Origin: Selaginella moellendorffii | Lineage: Eukaryota; Plantae; Lycopodiophyta | Length of the DNA stretch: 64,000 bases | Direction: 5' to 3' | Assembly: GCF_000143415.4 (NCBI RefSeq) | Contig: NW_003314339.1 | Span: 551,751 to 615,750 of the forward strand | Shown: positions 37,987 to 48,658 of the stretch, in pieces | Layout: every line of letters starts with the position of its first letter | How positions within the stretch are numbered: position 1 is the stretch's first letter | The notes under the pieces: generated by a model | The model's input: the letters and a program-made list of their open reading frames with translations, nothing else | Database searches by the model: none | What the model was told of the DNA's origin: nothing | Program-made: the position numbers and the translations under genes

Positions 37987-39008
37987 ATGTGGCAAATGCT
38001 GCGTGAAGAAAGATGCCCTTTCTGGGCAAATGCTGTAAAAGGCAGATGCCGAGCAGATGTATCTCAGGCTAGCAAAGGGGACAAACGAAAGCTAGCTATA
38101 AACATGATGGGATGCAAATAGATTACTAGGCTGGTCCTGCGAAAATCAAAAACCATAATTGAAAACATTGAAAATGCAAAAAGAAAGGTTTATAATATTT
38201 TTGAATTTTAAGCAACCAAAGGAATGTAAGTAGGGCATGTGTTTGTAAGTTTAAAAATGCCTCAACCACTTAAATTCCCAACTAAATAAAGCTGTTTCTA
38301 TTTTTGGTACAGGTAAACTTTATAGCGTGTGGGCTCATGCAATTTTGAACCCAAAAATGCACCAAAAAATGCTCAACTAGCATTATTCTTTGAATGGTGT
38401 GTGGCCTTATATTGCCATAAATGGACGTACACACACAGCATAATTATTCCTTTACACGGCGAATAATCTTGGCGCGGATCGCTGACATGGCATGGCAAAG
38501 TTCGAATCACTGACATGGCACAGCTGGATCGAGGCAAGGACATGATGTGACAAAGTTCAACCTCCGACAGCAAAGTCTAGAAGCTACTCAGTTTGAAATT
38601 TGTTAGAGGAGTCATAAGATCTGGTTTGTCAGAGGATTTGATGTGACGTTCAAGCATGTGTTATTTTTGAATTCTCGAACTCATTCCTAGGTCTATCATT
38701 TTTGTGCGCCGTGTTCTTGGTTCCGCTGAGCGCAGTGAGCGCTGCTTGTGTAAGCGGCATTGTGGGCTGTGGTTTATGCGTCTACGAGCGGTTGCGGCAT
38801 TGCGAGTGCCATTGCGAGCGGCAGTTTATGCGAGTGGCAGTTTGTGCGAGCGGCACTACGAGCAGTTGCGGTGTTGTCAGCGGCGCTACGAGTAGTTGCA
38901 GTGTTGCAAGTGGCACTATCTTTGGTGTGGCTACCGCTTCCTCTTGATATTCGGCACTTGTGCTTCCTGGTATGTTCACCATGGAATGGCTTAGGATCAC
39001 ATTTAGAA

Positions 39009-39030
39009 ATGGCATGAGGCCACATGCCAT
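39009..39030. repeat. Representative 22-bp palindrome (family ATGGCRTGWGGCCWCAYGCCAT)
   Basis: atggcatgaggccacatgccat. Other copies start near 481, 649, 790, 2265, 3542, 3602, 3679, 4510, 24603, 24700, 24770, 27156, 29287, 32067, 32142, 33351, 33542, 33683, 35158, 36438, 36498, 36575, 37466, 48315, 48485, 48555, 50401, 50459, 51789, 51935, 52095, 52695 and 52784. Confidence 0.9.
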
Positions 39031-40134
39031 CTTGGGCCTGTAAGCGATTAATTTTTCCATTCTACTTTAGTCACTTAACCACACCTCCGACCACTTGGAG
39101 GAGTCTCATTCACAACCTCCATAAGTCCAACTTAGGACTTGGGGCTTGCTAGCCCCGAGAATGGCATCCATGCCACTCAACCTTAGCACTTGGTCCAAGT
39201 GCTCCACGTGTCCGATCCCATGATCGACACCCCAAGGTACCACCAACGTATCGGCCCGTTACGCTAAGGCCATGCCCAATTACCTTGGTCACACTGGTGG
39301 TCCAACACCACCTGCATTCCAATCCCGTCTCTCAAAGACTGGGTCATCCGTTCATGAGGGATCATCCCAAATCCACTCCTTAACATCCTTAGGATGCCTA
39401 CAGACATGGGGAATAGCCTTCCCCAATATCTCGGTTCCGGTCCCCACCAAGTCCCTTTCTGTCCTTGGCTGTGTTCGCCAACACTGCCACTGGATCAAGG
39501 CCCACCGGCCCTACCACTAAGTCCCACTATCCTCGAGGACTTCCTCACTGTGTGACTGTGTCCTTGGTCACCCCACCAGAGGGCTACCCCTCTTCCTTTC
39601 CACAGTCTGGGACTTTGGGACACCATTTCGGAACACCGTGGCCTTACGCGAGCCACCTGGGTACTCTCCCCACCTTTCGCCTTTAGGTGCTCTAGCCATG
39701 GGCTTAGAGCGAGGTTCCGTTGAGCCACGCCTGGTATCCAAGTAGGTAGTGCCACCCACACTTGGACTGGGAGCATCGGCCAGTCGATCTCCCGGGGGAA
39801 CTAGAGCCGGCTCTTGAACACTTCACCAAGCTACCCCGCTTGTCGGTCTGTGTTCACTCTAGTCTTGGACTTCCCAATGGGCAGCTCATCACCCAACACT
39901 GGGTCCGGCCTTCCTGGGCCAAACTGGCCTTTCCTGGCCAAACTGGCTCCAATGCAGTCCTCCCCCTACTATACTTTTGGAGCTCACCAAACCCCCCAGG
40001 GTCTGGGAGACGAACGCTTTGGGCTTTCACCCTCTCAGACTCAAACTCGGACTCGGACTCGGACTCGGACTCGGACTCGGACTCGGGCTCGGGCTCTGTC
40101 TCGGCCTCGGCCTCGGTCTCGTTCTCGGTCCCGA

Positions 40135-40172
<38 letters not shown>

Positions 40173-41520
40173 CCGGTCTCGGTCTCGACTTCGGACTCCA
40201 TCTCGGACTCCATCTCGGGTCCATCTCGGACTCCATCTCGGGTCCATCTTGGACTCCATCTCGGGTCCATCTCGGACTCCATTTCGGGTCCATCTCGGAC
40301 TCCATCTCGGGTCTGTAAGGAACCAACTCGCCGAGGTGTCGTAGGCTAAGGGAACCCCGAAAGCATGACCAAAATGACAAAGAGTTCATCGGATGGGACC
40401 AAGTCAAAGATCGAGTCCAAGACCGACTCTAGGACCGAGTTCGAGATCGAGTCCGGAATCGAGTCCGAGACCGACTCGGGGACCGAGTTCGAGTCCGAGT
40501 TCGAGACCGAGTTCGAGACGGAGTCCGAGATCCGAAATCGGGTCCGAGACCGAGTCCGAAGTCGAGTCCGAGGTCGGGCCCGAGATCGGGTCCGAGATCG
40601 AGTCCGCGATCGAGTCCGAGACCGAATCCGAAGTCGGATCCGAAATCGGATCCGAGATCGAGCCAGAGATTAAGTCCAAATACTAATACGGGTCAAGGGG
40701 TGAAAGCCCAAAGCGTGCGTCCCCCAGGGGGGGGGGGCTGCAGGGGGTTCCAAAAGTATAGTAGGGATAGTGAGGTCCAGGAACCAGTTTTGAAGGGACT
40801 CTCCAGTTGGGCTTCCAAACCGACTTGAGGTTGGGACTGGGACTAAGGGGCCTTGGGTGGGAGTGAGCATGGACTTGGCTGGTGCCGGAGGGGCCATCCA
40901 AGGAAGTGCTCAAGAGCAGCTCCCACTCCCGAAAGGGAAACCGATTGCGGTGCTCCCGGCTCATGTGGAGTGGTGCCCCACTTGAGTACCATGCGGCTCA
41001 TTGGTCCTCGCCCTTCCAAGGGGCTTGGGCCTTCCTTCGGGATGGAAGTGGGGGGCGAGAGGTACCCATACCGGGCCGTTAGGCCACGGTGTTTCGCCCC
41101 GGCGTCCCGAAGCAAGTGTTGCACTCAAGACTTGGGATTTAGAGGGTCCCATGATCAAGTCTTGTGGTACCAAGGGATGTTAGGAACCTGGAAGCTTGGT
41201 GTGCTTGGCTGCTTGTGCTTGCGGGGAGTGTAGCCGAACCTTAAGTCCAGTCTAACCCGGGGAGGGGGATTGGGAGTGATTTGGGAATCCGTGGAAGGAT
41301 GGCTAACACTCCGTTGCTCGTGCAGTGAGTAGCTGAAACCAAGTAGGAGCTGGTACCATAGGCGAGAACCTTGGCAAGGGAACTTAGCAAAAGCCAAGGC
41401 AGTGTTGGACGGATAGACGAGGTAAGCTGGCAAATTGGAAAGGAAAAATTTGTGGCTTACAATTTGGTATCGGAGCCTTTTCCTCAGTTCTAGCGAAGGA
41501 TAGAGGCGGATTGCTGGGAG

Positions 41521-43134
41521 ATGGCAAGGGCAGGGCGTAAGCGAACCCAGGCGGAGACGGAACCTCCGCCAGAGCTGGAGCCTCCGGTCGAACAAGAGGC
41601 TATGGATGAGGAATCCTTGCATGAGGAGGACTCCAGTGAGGAAACCTCCAAACAGGAGTCCGGTGGCGAGGTTCGGTCGTCCAAGGCTCGATTGGACGTG
41701 CTAGAAGGACAGTTGGCACAGACCAATGCCCTGCTGGAAACTCTCGTACGCAAGCTAAAGCGTGACGAGAGGCGGAAGAAAAAGAAAAAGACTGCGGATG
41801 CTGGCAGCGCAGAAGGTGCGGATCTTTCGGCCGGGACTGAGGCAAAACCAGACAAGGTCGAACAGACCGAAGTGGAATCAGTCCCTCAGGCAGTTCCCAA
41901 GTACAAACCAAAGCCCCCACCGGTCTTCAAGGGAGTGAATGACTATAAGGTGGTGGAGGATTGGTTTTACGATATGGAGGACTACTTCCGAGCGTTGCGG
42001 TTACCAAGCTCGGAGAAGGTCCCATGTGCAAAACCATACTTGGCAGATAATGCCAAGTCTTGGTGGAGAACAACGGAGGCCAACGAAGGACCGGTGGTCA
42101 CTTGGGACATGATGAAGGCGAGGATCCGCGCAACATATGTTCCTCCGAATGCCACTCTGCATCTGAGGGATGAACTGAGTAGGCTGAAACAGACAGGAAC
42201 CATCCAGGAATATGTGAATGGGTTCATGGCAAAGAGGATACTTGTCACGGACATGGGGGATATGGATGCGTTCCATGCCTTCATATCAGGTTTGCAAACC
42301 TGGGCTCGCGGCGAGGTGATGAGGTGGAACCCGACCAACTACAAGGAAGCGTTGGATGCGGCCATCAAGGTGCATTTCAACGATAACCTGCGAAAGGGGA
42401 ACACGACGGGGTCGGGATCCACATTTCACAAAGGGGCCAAACCGAGGGGAACGTATAGCAAGGGGAAATTCAAAAGGAGTTTCTCTAAGAATGAGTCCTC
42501 GGGGTTCCGGAAAGGCAAATCCGGTGGCCAGCGAGCGAGTACGTGGGGGAGTCAAGCGAAAAAGGACAAACCCACGGATAAGAAGGTCAAGTCGTATAGC
42601 AGCGTGGGAAACAACGTATGCTACAACTGCGGCGAAGCGGGACACTTCTCGAGGGAATGTCCCTACCCGAAGAAGGCCAGAGCCAATATGGCCATCAAGT
42701 CGGGTGAAGTCCAAACTGAGGTATGTGATCCAGTCCCTAACTCAAAGTTACTCATTACACGAGCAACTTTGGTAGAGAGTCGTTCGCGACATCTACTAGC
42801 CCTCCGAGGGAAGCTCGGAGGTAGCTTTGTTAAGATCCTTATTGACACGGGTGCTTCGGATAATTTTGTGGCTGCAGACATAGTCCGGCAAGCCGGACTA
42901 ACGGTGCAGCGGCTAGGCGAACCAAGGACTATAGAGTTTGTTCAGGGTAGCCAAAGCACCGATGAGGTACTTCGACAAGCGAGAGTCGAAGTGGGGACAT
43001 GGAAAGTGGACATGGATTTCACCGTCTTGGATATGGCGGGATTTGACGTGATCTTCGGAATGGATTGGTTTAATCGGTTCGTGGTAGCCCTGCATGGACA
43101 AGGTAGGAACCTTGTGGTATTGGCGAATGCCTAA
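41521..43134 (+). CDS. gag: Gag (retrotrans_gag, CCHC knuckle CYNCGEAGHFSREC) + aspartic protease (LIDTGAS)
   Basis: 537-aa ORF; ends in a TAA that is in frame with the RT ORF. Confidence 0.92.
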   Translation: MARAGRKRTQAETEPPPELEPPVEQEAMDEESLHEEDSSEETSKQESGGEVRSSKARLDVLEGQLAQTNALLETLVRKLKRDERRKKKKKTADAGSAEGADLSAGTEAKPDKVEQTEVESVPQAVPKYKPKPPPVFKGVNDYKVVEDWFYDMEDYFRALRLPSSEKVPCAKPYLADNAKSWWRTTEANEGPVVTWDMMKARIRATYVPPNATLHLRDELSRLKQTGTIQEYVNGFMAKRILVTDMGDMDAFHAFISGLQTWARGEVMRWNPTNYKEALDAAIKVHFNDNLRKGNTTGSGSTFHKGAKPRGTYSKGKFKRSFSKNESSGFRKGKSGGQRASTWGSQAKKDKPTDKKVKSYSSVGNNVCYNCGEAGHFSRECPYPKKARANMAIKSGEVQTEVCDPVPNSKLLITRATLVESRSRHLLALRGKLGGSFVKILIDTGASDNFVAADIVRQAGLTVQRLGEPRTIEFVQGSQSTDEVLRQARVEVGTWKVDMDFTVLDMAGFDVIFGMDWFNRFVVALHGQGRNLVVLANA

Positions 43135-46100
43135 GGAAGAAGATCTAGGGTGGAGGCCCAGGATCTAAAGGTAGGGCAAAGCAAGGCCAAAGAGTCATGC
43201 TTGAACCTGGTGTCCACGAGAGGACAACTCACTAAAGGAACTAAGGCAGCCTTTTTGTGCTTACTCTCGGTGAAGAGTGACAAAAAGACAAGAACGGAAG
43301 AAGTGCCTTTAGTGATCCAGCGAGTGTTGGACCAATTCCAGGATACCATGCCGGAGGAGCTACCGGCGGGGTTGCCCCCCGCACGACCGATAGAACATAA
43401 GATTGAGCTTGTCGAGGGCGCTGAGGCGGTGGTTCGTCCCCCCTATCGTTTGAACGAAAAAGAACTCAAGGAGCTCAAGTGCCAACTAGAGGAGTTGGTG
43501 GGCAAAGGGTATGTTAGGTTGAGCAAGTCGCCGTATGGGGCGCCGGTATTATTTGTGAAAAAGAAAGATGGATCTATGCGCATGTGCATAGATTACCGGT
43601 TGCTCAACAAGTATACCAAGAAGAACAAGTACCCGTTGCCAAGGATTGAGGACCTGTTCGATAGGTTGGGAAAGGCAAAATACTTCTCGAGGATTGACCT
43701 AAGGTCAGGATACTACCAGATCAGGGTAGCCGAGGAAGACGTTGAGAAGACAACCTGTCGAACGAGGTATGGGAGCTTTGAGTTTTTGGTGATGCCCTTT
43801 GGGCTGTGCAATGCGCCGGCAACGTTTTCGGCGTTGATGAACCACGTCTTTGTACCCTATCTGGATCACTTTGTGGTCGTCTATATTGACGACATCCTGA
43901 TCTATAGCGAGACGCTAGAGGAGCATGCCGAACACTTGGCGAAGGTGTTTGAGAAACTAAGGGAACATAAACTGTATGCTAAAGAGAGCAAATGTGACTT
44001 TGCTCAGCAAGAGGTAAAGTTTCTCGGGCATGTGGTGGGCCAGGACGGGCTCAAGGTGGACCCGGAGAAGGTCCAAGCGATCCAGGAATGGGAGCGACCA
44101 TCGAATGTACATGAGTTGAGGGCGTTCTTGGGGCTATGCAACTACTATCGAAAGTTTATCAGACACTATTCGAGAGTAGCCCTACCCTTAACGGATCAAA
44201 CGGGAAAAGGGAAGATGGTATGGACAGCGGAATGCGAGGCGGCATTCGTCCACCTCAAAGGGAAGTTGAGGAAGGCTCCGGTGTTGGCATTACCGGACTT
44301 TGGTAAGGACTTTGAGGTAGACACGGATGCTTCGGACTTTGCGTTAGGCGCAGTTTTGAAGCAAGACAACCATCCAATAGCGTTCTTCTCGAAGAAGCTG
44401 GACAAGGCTCAACGGAAGTGGCCTGCCCACGAGAAGGAATTGTTTGCGGTGGTCAAGGCGCTCAAGGAGTGGCGACACTACCTTGGGAGACACTTCAAGG
44501 TTTACACGGACAATGTGGCAACGAAACACTTCTTGTCACAACCCGACCTGAGAGGGAAACAAGGTCGGTGGGCCAATGCCTTGGCCGAGTTTGATTGCGA
44601 GATTCTGTACAAGCCTGGGAAGAGCAACATCGTGGCAGATGCGCTAAGTCGAAAAGCGAGCTTGAGGTTGGCGATCTCTAGCGCAACAGCAACCTTCTGG
44701 GACGATGTGCGGACAGCATATGAGAACGATGGTCTAGCACAAGAAGTGTTGTTGAGGAATCTGGAGGCACGGGAAGCTCACCAGAGAGGTGAGCCGCCAA
44801 CGGAAGAGAAAACGGGCTATGCGGAACGCAATGGACTCATTTATTACAAGCAAACGAGGGTGTATGTTCCAGAAGGTGGACTAAGGAAGGTAGCCTTAGA
44901 AGAGTGTCATGACGGACCTCTTGCGGGACACGGCGGAGTGCCCAAGACGATGGGCTTACTCAAGAGGAAGTACCATTGGCCAGATATGGCTAAGGACGTC
45001 CAAGACTATGTAAAGACATGTCCAGCATGTCAGCAGGTCAAAGCCGTGACTAAGGCTAGTGGGGGCTTGTTGCAAAGCATCCCCATTCCAGATCGTCCGT
45101 GGAAATGTCTCACGATGGACTTCATCACGGGACTACCCCCAAGCGAGGGGTTCGATGCGATATTCGTGGTGGTGGACCGATTTTCGAAGATGGCACATTT
45201 CATACCCACCACAACGGAGGTGGATGCGGAAGGTGTGGCGAAACTGTTCTTCGAACAAGTGGTTCGAGTGCGGGGAAGGCCAGAGGAGATTATCTCAGAC
45301 CGAGATAAGATCTTCACTAGTAGGTTCTGGAGGACCCTCCTGGAACAGTATCGCACCAAGTTGAAATTCAGCACAGCCTATCACCCACAGACAGGTATGG
45401 GGTATTAAGTCAAGTTTGGTGGTCCTAACACTTCTTGACAGACGGACAAACGGAAAGGGTGAATAGGCAGCTGGAGGATTATTTGCGATGCTATGTCTCG
45501 GGAGACCAGACCGATTGGGTAAGTCATTTGGGACTTGCGGAAATGTGTTATAACAACTCACCACATTCGAGTATCGGGGTGAGTCCATGGGAAGTCATCA
45601 ATGGGCGAGCTATTGAAGGTCCTGTGGAACTCGGCGTGGCCGAGTATCATGGAGAGTTACCCGCAGTGGAGGCATTCACGGCGGAAAGACTCAACATTTG
45701 GAATCTAGTGAGGGATTCCTTGGAACGGGCTCAACAAAGGCAAACCAAGTACGCGAACCTAAAGCGCCGGGACGTAGAGTTCCAAGCTGGGGAGAAGGTG
45801 TGGCTGAACACCAAGAACCTTAGGCTACCAAGTGGGATCAGCCGAAAGTTGACCCAAAGGTAAAAATGCATGTATTCCTGTAAATGAATTGATCTTGAGT
45901 TCCTTAAGCAGGTTCGCGGGGCCTTACGAGATTGAGGCACGAATCGGTAAAGTGGCTTACCGACTCCGACTTCCTCGAGAGATGGGGAAGATGCACCCAG
46001 TGTTCCATGTGAACTTACTCAAGCCGTACTTTGAGGATCCGCTTCGCAAAGACCAAGTAAGACCTTTACCTGAGGTTATCCAAGGGGAAGAGGAATACGA

Positions 46101-46293
46101 AGTCGAGGCCATCCTCAATGCGCGCAAGAGCAAGCGACAAGGACGCGAGGTGAGAGAGTTCCATGTGAAGTGGAAAGGATTTCCACACTGCGAAGCAACA
46201 TGGGAACCGGAGGAGAACCTAGCGAACGCGCGAGATCTAGTGGAGGAATTTCTGCAAGGCAGAACTCTATGTACTTATGCAAAGTTCAATTAA
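43135..46293 (+). CDS. pol: Pol: RT (YIDD), RNase H (DAS..E..D), integrase (HHCC, MDF/SDRD/TER, GPY), chromodomain; spliced, introns 45395-45441 and 45860-45911
   Basis: Three ORFs (43150-45408, 45435-45863, 45889-46293) join exactly into YHPQT-DGQTER and TQR-FAGPY when the two GT-AG segments are removed. Chromodomain YEVEAIL...VKWKGF...TWEPEENL. Confidence 0.92.
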
Positions 46294-48314
46294 AATATCA
46301 ATTTGCAAAGTTGAGCAAGTGGCATATGTTGGGACCCGAAGGCGCGCCAAAGGTGAGCTAATTAGCATGGGTTAGCTAGGTCGACCAGGCGTAGGGAGCT
46401 ACGCCCGACTCCCTGCGGGGATGTCGAAACCGTAGACGTATTCTACGGAGGTTGGGTTCGAGTCCCAACCCCCTAGTAAAGCAAGGCTGGGTTCAAGTCC
46501 CGACCCCATACTAGGGCGTGGTGAGGGGTGGAGTATAGGGACACCTATATTCCGTTGTCATGAGCTCTTGGCCGGGGAGGCTAACTTAGGCACACCGCTA
46601 AGTGGGGGGATGCCCCCGGAGACATGGTCAACAAGTCGTAGGATAAAAAAGAGACGTTCGGTGTGGGCATCGAACTTCTTCTATGGGTGGTGGAGTTGTA
46701 AGGAACCAACTCGCCGAGGTGTCGTAGGCTAAGGGAACCCCGAAAGCATGACCAAAATGACAAAGAGTTCATCGGATGGGACCAAGTCAAAGATCGAGTC
46801 CAAGACCGACTCTAGGACCGAGTTCGAGATCGAGTCCGGAATCGAGTCCGAGACCGACTCGGGGACCGAGTTCGAGTCCGAGTTCGAGACCGAGTTCGAG
46901 ACGGAGTCCGAGATCCGAAATCGGGTCCGAGACCGAGTCCGAAGTCGAGTCCGAGGTCGGGCCCGAGATCGGGTCCGAGATCGAGTCCGCGATCGAGTCC
47001 GAGACCGAATCCGAAGTCGGATCCGAAATCGGATCCGAGATCGAGCCAGAGACTAAGTCCAAATACTAATACGGGTCAAGGGGTGAAAGCCCAAAGCGTG
47101 CATCCCCCAGGGGGGGGGGGCTGCAGGGGGTTCCAAAAGTATAGTAGGGATAGTGAGGTCCAGGAACCAGTTTTGAAGGGACTCTCCAGTTGGGCTTCCA
47201 AACCGACTTGAGGTTGGGACTGGGACTAAGGGGCCTTGGGTGGGAGTGAGCATGGACTTGGCTGGTGCCGGAGGGGCCATCCAAGGAAGTGCTCAAGAGC
47301 AGCTCCCACTCCCGAAAGGGAAACCGATTGCGGTGCTCCCGGCTCATGTGGAGTGGTGCCCCACTTGAGTACCATGCGGCTCATTGGTCCTCGCCCTTCC
47401 AAGGGGCTTGGGCCTTCCTTCGGGATGGAAGTGGGGGGCGAGAGGTACCCATACCGGGCCGTTAGGCCACGGTGTTTCGCCCCGGCGTCCCGAAGCAAGT
47501 GTTGCACTCAAGACTTGGGATTTAGAGGGTCCCATGATCAAGTCTTGTGGTACCAAGGGATGTTAGGAACCTGGAAGCTTGGTGTGCTTGGCTGCTTGTG
47601 CTTGCGGGGAGTGTAGCCGAACCTTAAGTCCAGTCTAACCCGGGGAGGGGGATTGGGAGTGATTTGGGAATCCGTGGAAGGATGGCTAACACTCCGTTGC
47701 TCGTGCAGTGAGTAGCTGAAACCAAGTAGGAGCTGGTACCATAGGCGAGAACCTTGGCAAGGGAACTTAGCAAAAGCCAAGGCAATGTTGGACGGATAGA
47801 CGAGGTAAGCTGGCAAATTGGAAAGGAAAAATTTGTGGCTTACAGGGTCCATCTCGGACTCCATCTCGGACTCCATTTCGGGTCCATCTCGGGTTCACCT
47901 CGGACTCCATCTCGGACTCCATCTCGGGTCCATCTCGGGTCCACCTCGGACTCCAACTCGAGTCCATCTCGGACTCCACTTCGGACTCCAACTCGAGTCC
48001 ATCTCGGACACTTCCACGTGTCATGTGTTGGTCCTTTTGGGTCCCTTTTTGGAGCCTCGCTTTTTGCTCGCTTCGTGCTCGTTCCTCGAACACTTCGTTG
48101 GGAGTTCCACTCCCGCTCTTGACTTTTCAAGTCGGAGCTTTTGGTCCAAACGTGTTACGCTCGTTTGGCTCTCGCTTCAGCCACTACCACGTGGCACCCT
48201 TTCCGGCTCCACTTTGGGGCCTAGGGATTTTGTGTCTCACAGGGCCCTTGCAATTTCATGGCTAGCGTATTGTCATGTATGTTTTTACTTGCCTGCAGCT
48301 GTGTGTATATCAAG

Positions 48315-48506
48315 ATGGCATGAGGCCTCATGCCATCTTTGGCCCCTGCTAGCCTATTGCCATATTCCTTTTCCCTTGCTGCAACTGTATATATTTTTGT
48401 ATGGGTGACTAGTCACGCACACAAAAATATATACAGTTGCAGCAAGGCAAAAGGAATATAGCAACAGGCTAGTAGGGGCCAAAGATAGCGTGAGGGCTCA
48501 TGCCAA
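48315..48506. repeat. 192-bp fold-back palindrome capped by two 22-bp palindromes
   Basis: Arms are near-perfect reverse complements centred on gtgact|agtcac (48410/48411); absent from copy 1 at ~24700-24721. Confidence 0.9.
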
Positions 48507-48658
48507 TTTTGTGAATGCGAAATTTCACGTGGGTGTCAATAGCATGTTTGAATAATGGTATGTCGCCTCATGCTATTGAGGTTGTTTGGTATGTTATGAT
48601 TTAGGCCATTCTCCAATCATTTTTTGTATGGTCTTAACTTCTTTTTTGCACTTTCAGA

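Larger units (their letters stand above)
40314..47844 (+). mobile_element. Full-length Ty3/Gypsy chromovirus (family B), young insertion
   Basis: 1148-bp LTRs at 40314-41461 and 46697-47844 with only about 3 transitions visible; TSD GGGTC; PBS TGGTATCGGAGC 41465-41476; PPT atgggtggtggag before 46697; domain order gag-PR-RT-RH-INT-chromo. Confidence 0.97.
39039..48241 (-). mobile_element. Solo LTR, family A, split by the nested chromovirus (39039-40313 + 47850-48241)
   Basis: TG...CA ends; perfect TSD GGGCC; empty site tgggcccttg at ~24626. Confidence 0.9.

Noticed and set aside
43103-43148. Intron removing the TAA between protease and RT
   Set aside because: The GT..AG pair would not restore the frame, and the segment is purine-rich with no pyrimidine tract.
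46450-46505. tRNA genes suggested by GGTTCGAGTCCC
   Set aside because: Only isolated T-arms; no D-arm, anticodon arm or acceptor stem. Kept as an RNA-structure finding.
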